Below the pieces are notes generated by a model that worked only from the letters and a program-made list of their open reading frames with translations, was not told where the DNA came from and ran no database searches. Of a stretch of DNA of 64,000 bases, positions 62,990 through 64,000 are shown in pieces; position 1 is the stretch's first letter; each line of letters opens with the position of its first letter. This stretch comes from Mustelus asterias (taxonomy: Eukaryota). A program made the translations under genes and the position numbers. Location: assembly GCF_964213995.1 (NCBI RefSeq), contig NW_027590141.1:434001-498000 (forward strand). Direction: 5' to 3'.

Positions 62990-63791
62990 GGTGGGAGCAG
63001 AAACACAAAGACCCGCCCCCTCACGGTTGCGTCACCAAGACACCAGCGCATGCGCTCTGCTCCCTGCTCAATCAAGATGGCAGCTGTTAACCTGAGCTTC
63101 GTCTCGGGAAAAAGACCCGAAACTGCAAACACGGGACCTACGGGCTCATATTCGATGCTTGAGGCCTTTAACAGGTATTTAGAAACCGTCTACGTCCATC
63201 CGCCGGTTCGATTGCTCCCTCTATGTTTCTGCATCCTTACCGGCTGCTGATGAGACACAGGAACTTCTCTCCAGTCGCTGTCACCCGCACTGCGCGTGCT
63301 GCAAACGCCTTTGCTTACTGCGCATGCGCACTTCCTCCCATGCGTGGAACAGGAAACTCTTCCGATTGGTCCGGAGCTGCGCATGTTTCAGGTCCCGCCC
63401 CTCATTCACTCCGATTGGTTAGAGGACCAGCCGCTCCCGCTCGGTCCTCCAGTCCCGCCCCCTCTTCCTATTGGTCCGGAGCTGCCGTCAATCAGCTCCC
63501 ATTGTGATGTGGAGCATGCGCAGTGTCATTGCTGGCCTTGGCGCTTGTTTGTCCCGGAGAAGCGGAGTCAGCGTTAGGCGGTGGCTGGGAGGATTTGGAA
63601 ACACTTTGTGGATCCGCAAACCCTTCAGAATCATTGTCAGCTCCCTGGTTTGCAGCTGCGGGGCTTCTCCCTCCCTCCCTCCCTCCCGGGAACAGGCCCA
63701 GGTTAACGGCCCCATCCTGGCTCAGCCACTGGAGGATGGTTCACATCAGAGGATGGGGGAGGGGGACAATAAATAAGAGGTTACACTTTGG
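62990..63791. promoter_or_regulatory. Putative bidirectional ZNF promoter / CpG island
   Basis: 63370-63791 is an inverted near-copy of 15375-15920; extra GCGCATGCGC and CAAGATGGC sites at 63047-63080 and 63320. Confidence 0.75.
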
Positions 63792-63834
63792 CAGATGGAA
63801 TCCACGTGTACTGTGTATGAGGCTTGAACTGATC

Positions 63835-64000
63835 AACCAACCTGGAGAGAAACAAGGATACCAGCACCACAGAGAAACCGTGTAAATGTGGGGATTGTGG
63901 AAAGGGATTCAAGTATCCATCTCGGCTGGAAATTGATCCACGCAGTCACACTGGAGAGAAACCATTCACCCGCTCTGTATGTGGGAAGGGATTCACTCAG
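63835..64000 (+). pseudogene. Start of a degenerate ZNF array, runs off the window
   Basis: [54 protein letters not shown]; zinc ligands H>D and C>R. Confidence 0.7.

Overview
Eukaryotic, repeat-rich vertebrate DNA. The SINE/LINE set (tRNA-headed V-SINE of the HE1 type, SacSINE1/Deu-like SINE, many CR1 LINEs, Rex1/Babar, Penelope-like elements) points to a cartilaginous fish, most likely a shark; this is inference from family recognition, not a database search. The window is a cluster of tandem C2H2 zinc-finger genes with no recognisable KRAB/SCAN/BTB domain. There are five open arrays (12, 14, 8, 12 and 13 intact fingers), one array with a single nonsense codon, and several relics. They appear to be built from a reusable cassette: a CpG promoter module (NRF1-like, CCAAT and GC boxes), a short first exon, a conserved splice acceptor and leader, a single-exon finger array and a shared 3' UTR. 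Between them lie nested retroelements, including a young Neptune-type Penelope element (RT + GIY-YIG) with 270-bp inverted pseudo-LTRs, a 12-bp TSD and minimal hammerhead ribozymes. The most interesting unexplained signals are the ZNF cassette itself, a spliced uORF with a conserved stop in two paralogs, and a 28-bp CRE/SOX/TEAD minisatellite beside a bidirectional ZNF promoter. Repeat boundaries were read by eye and are approximate unless a TSD is quoted.
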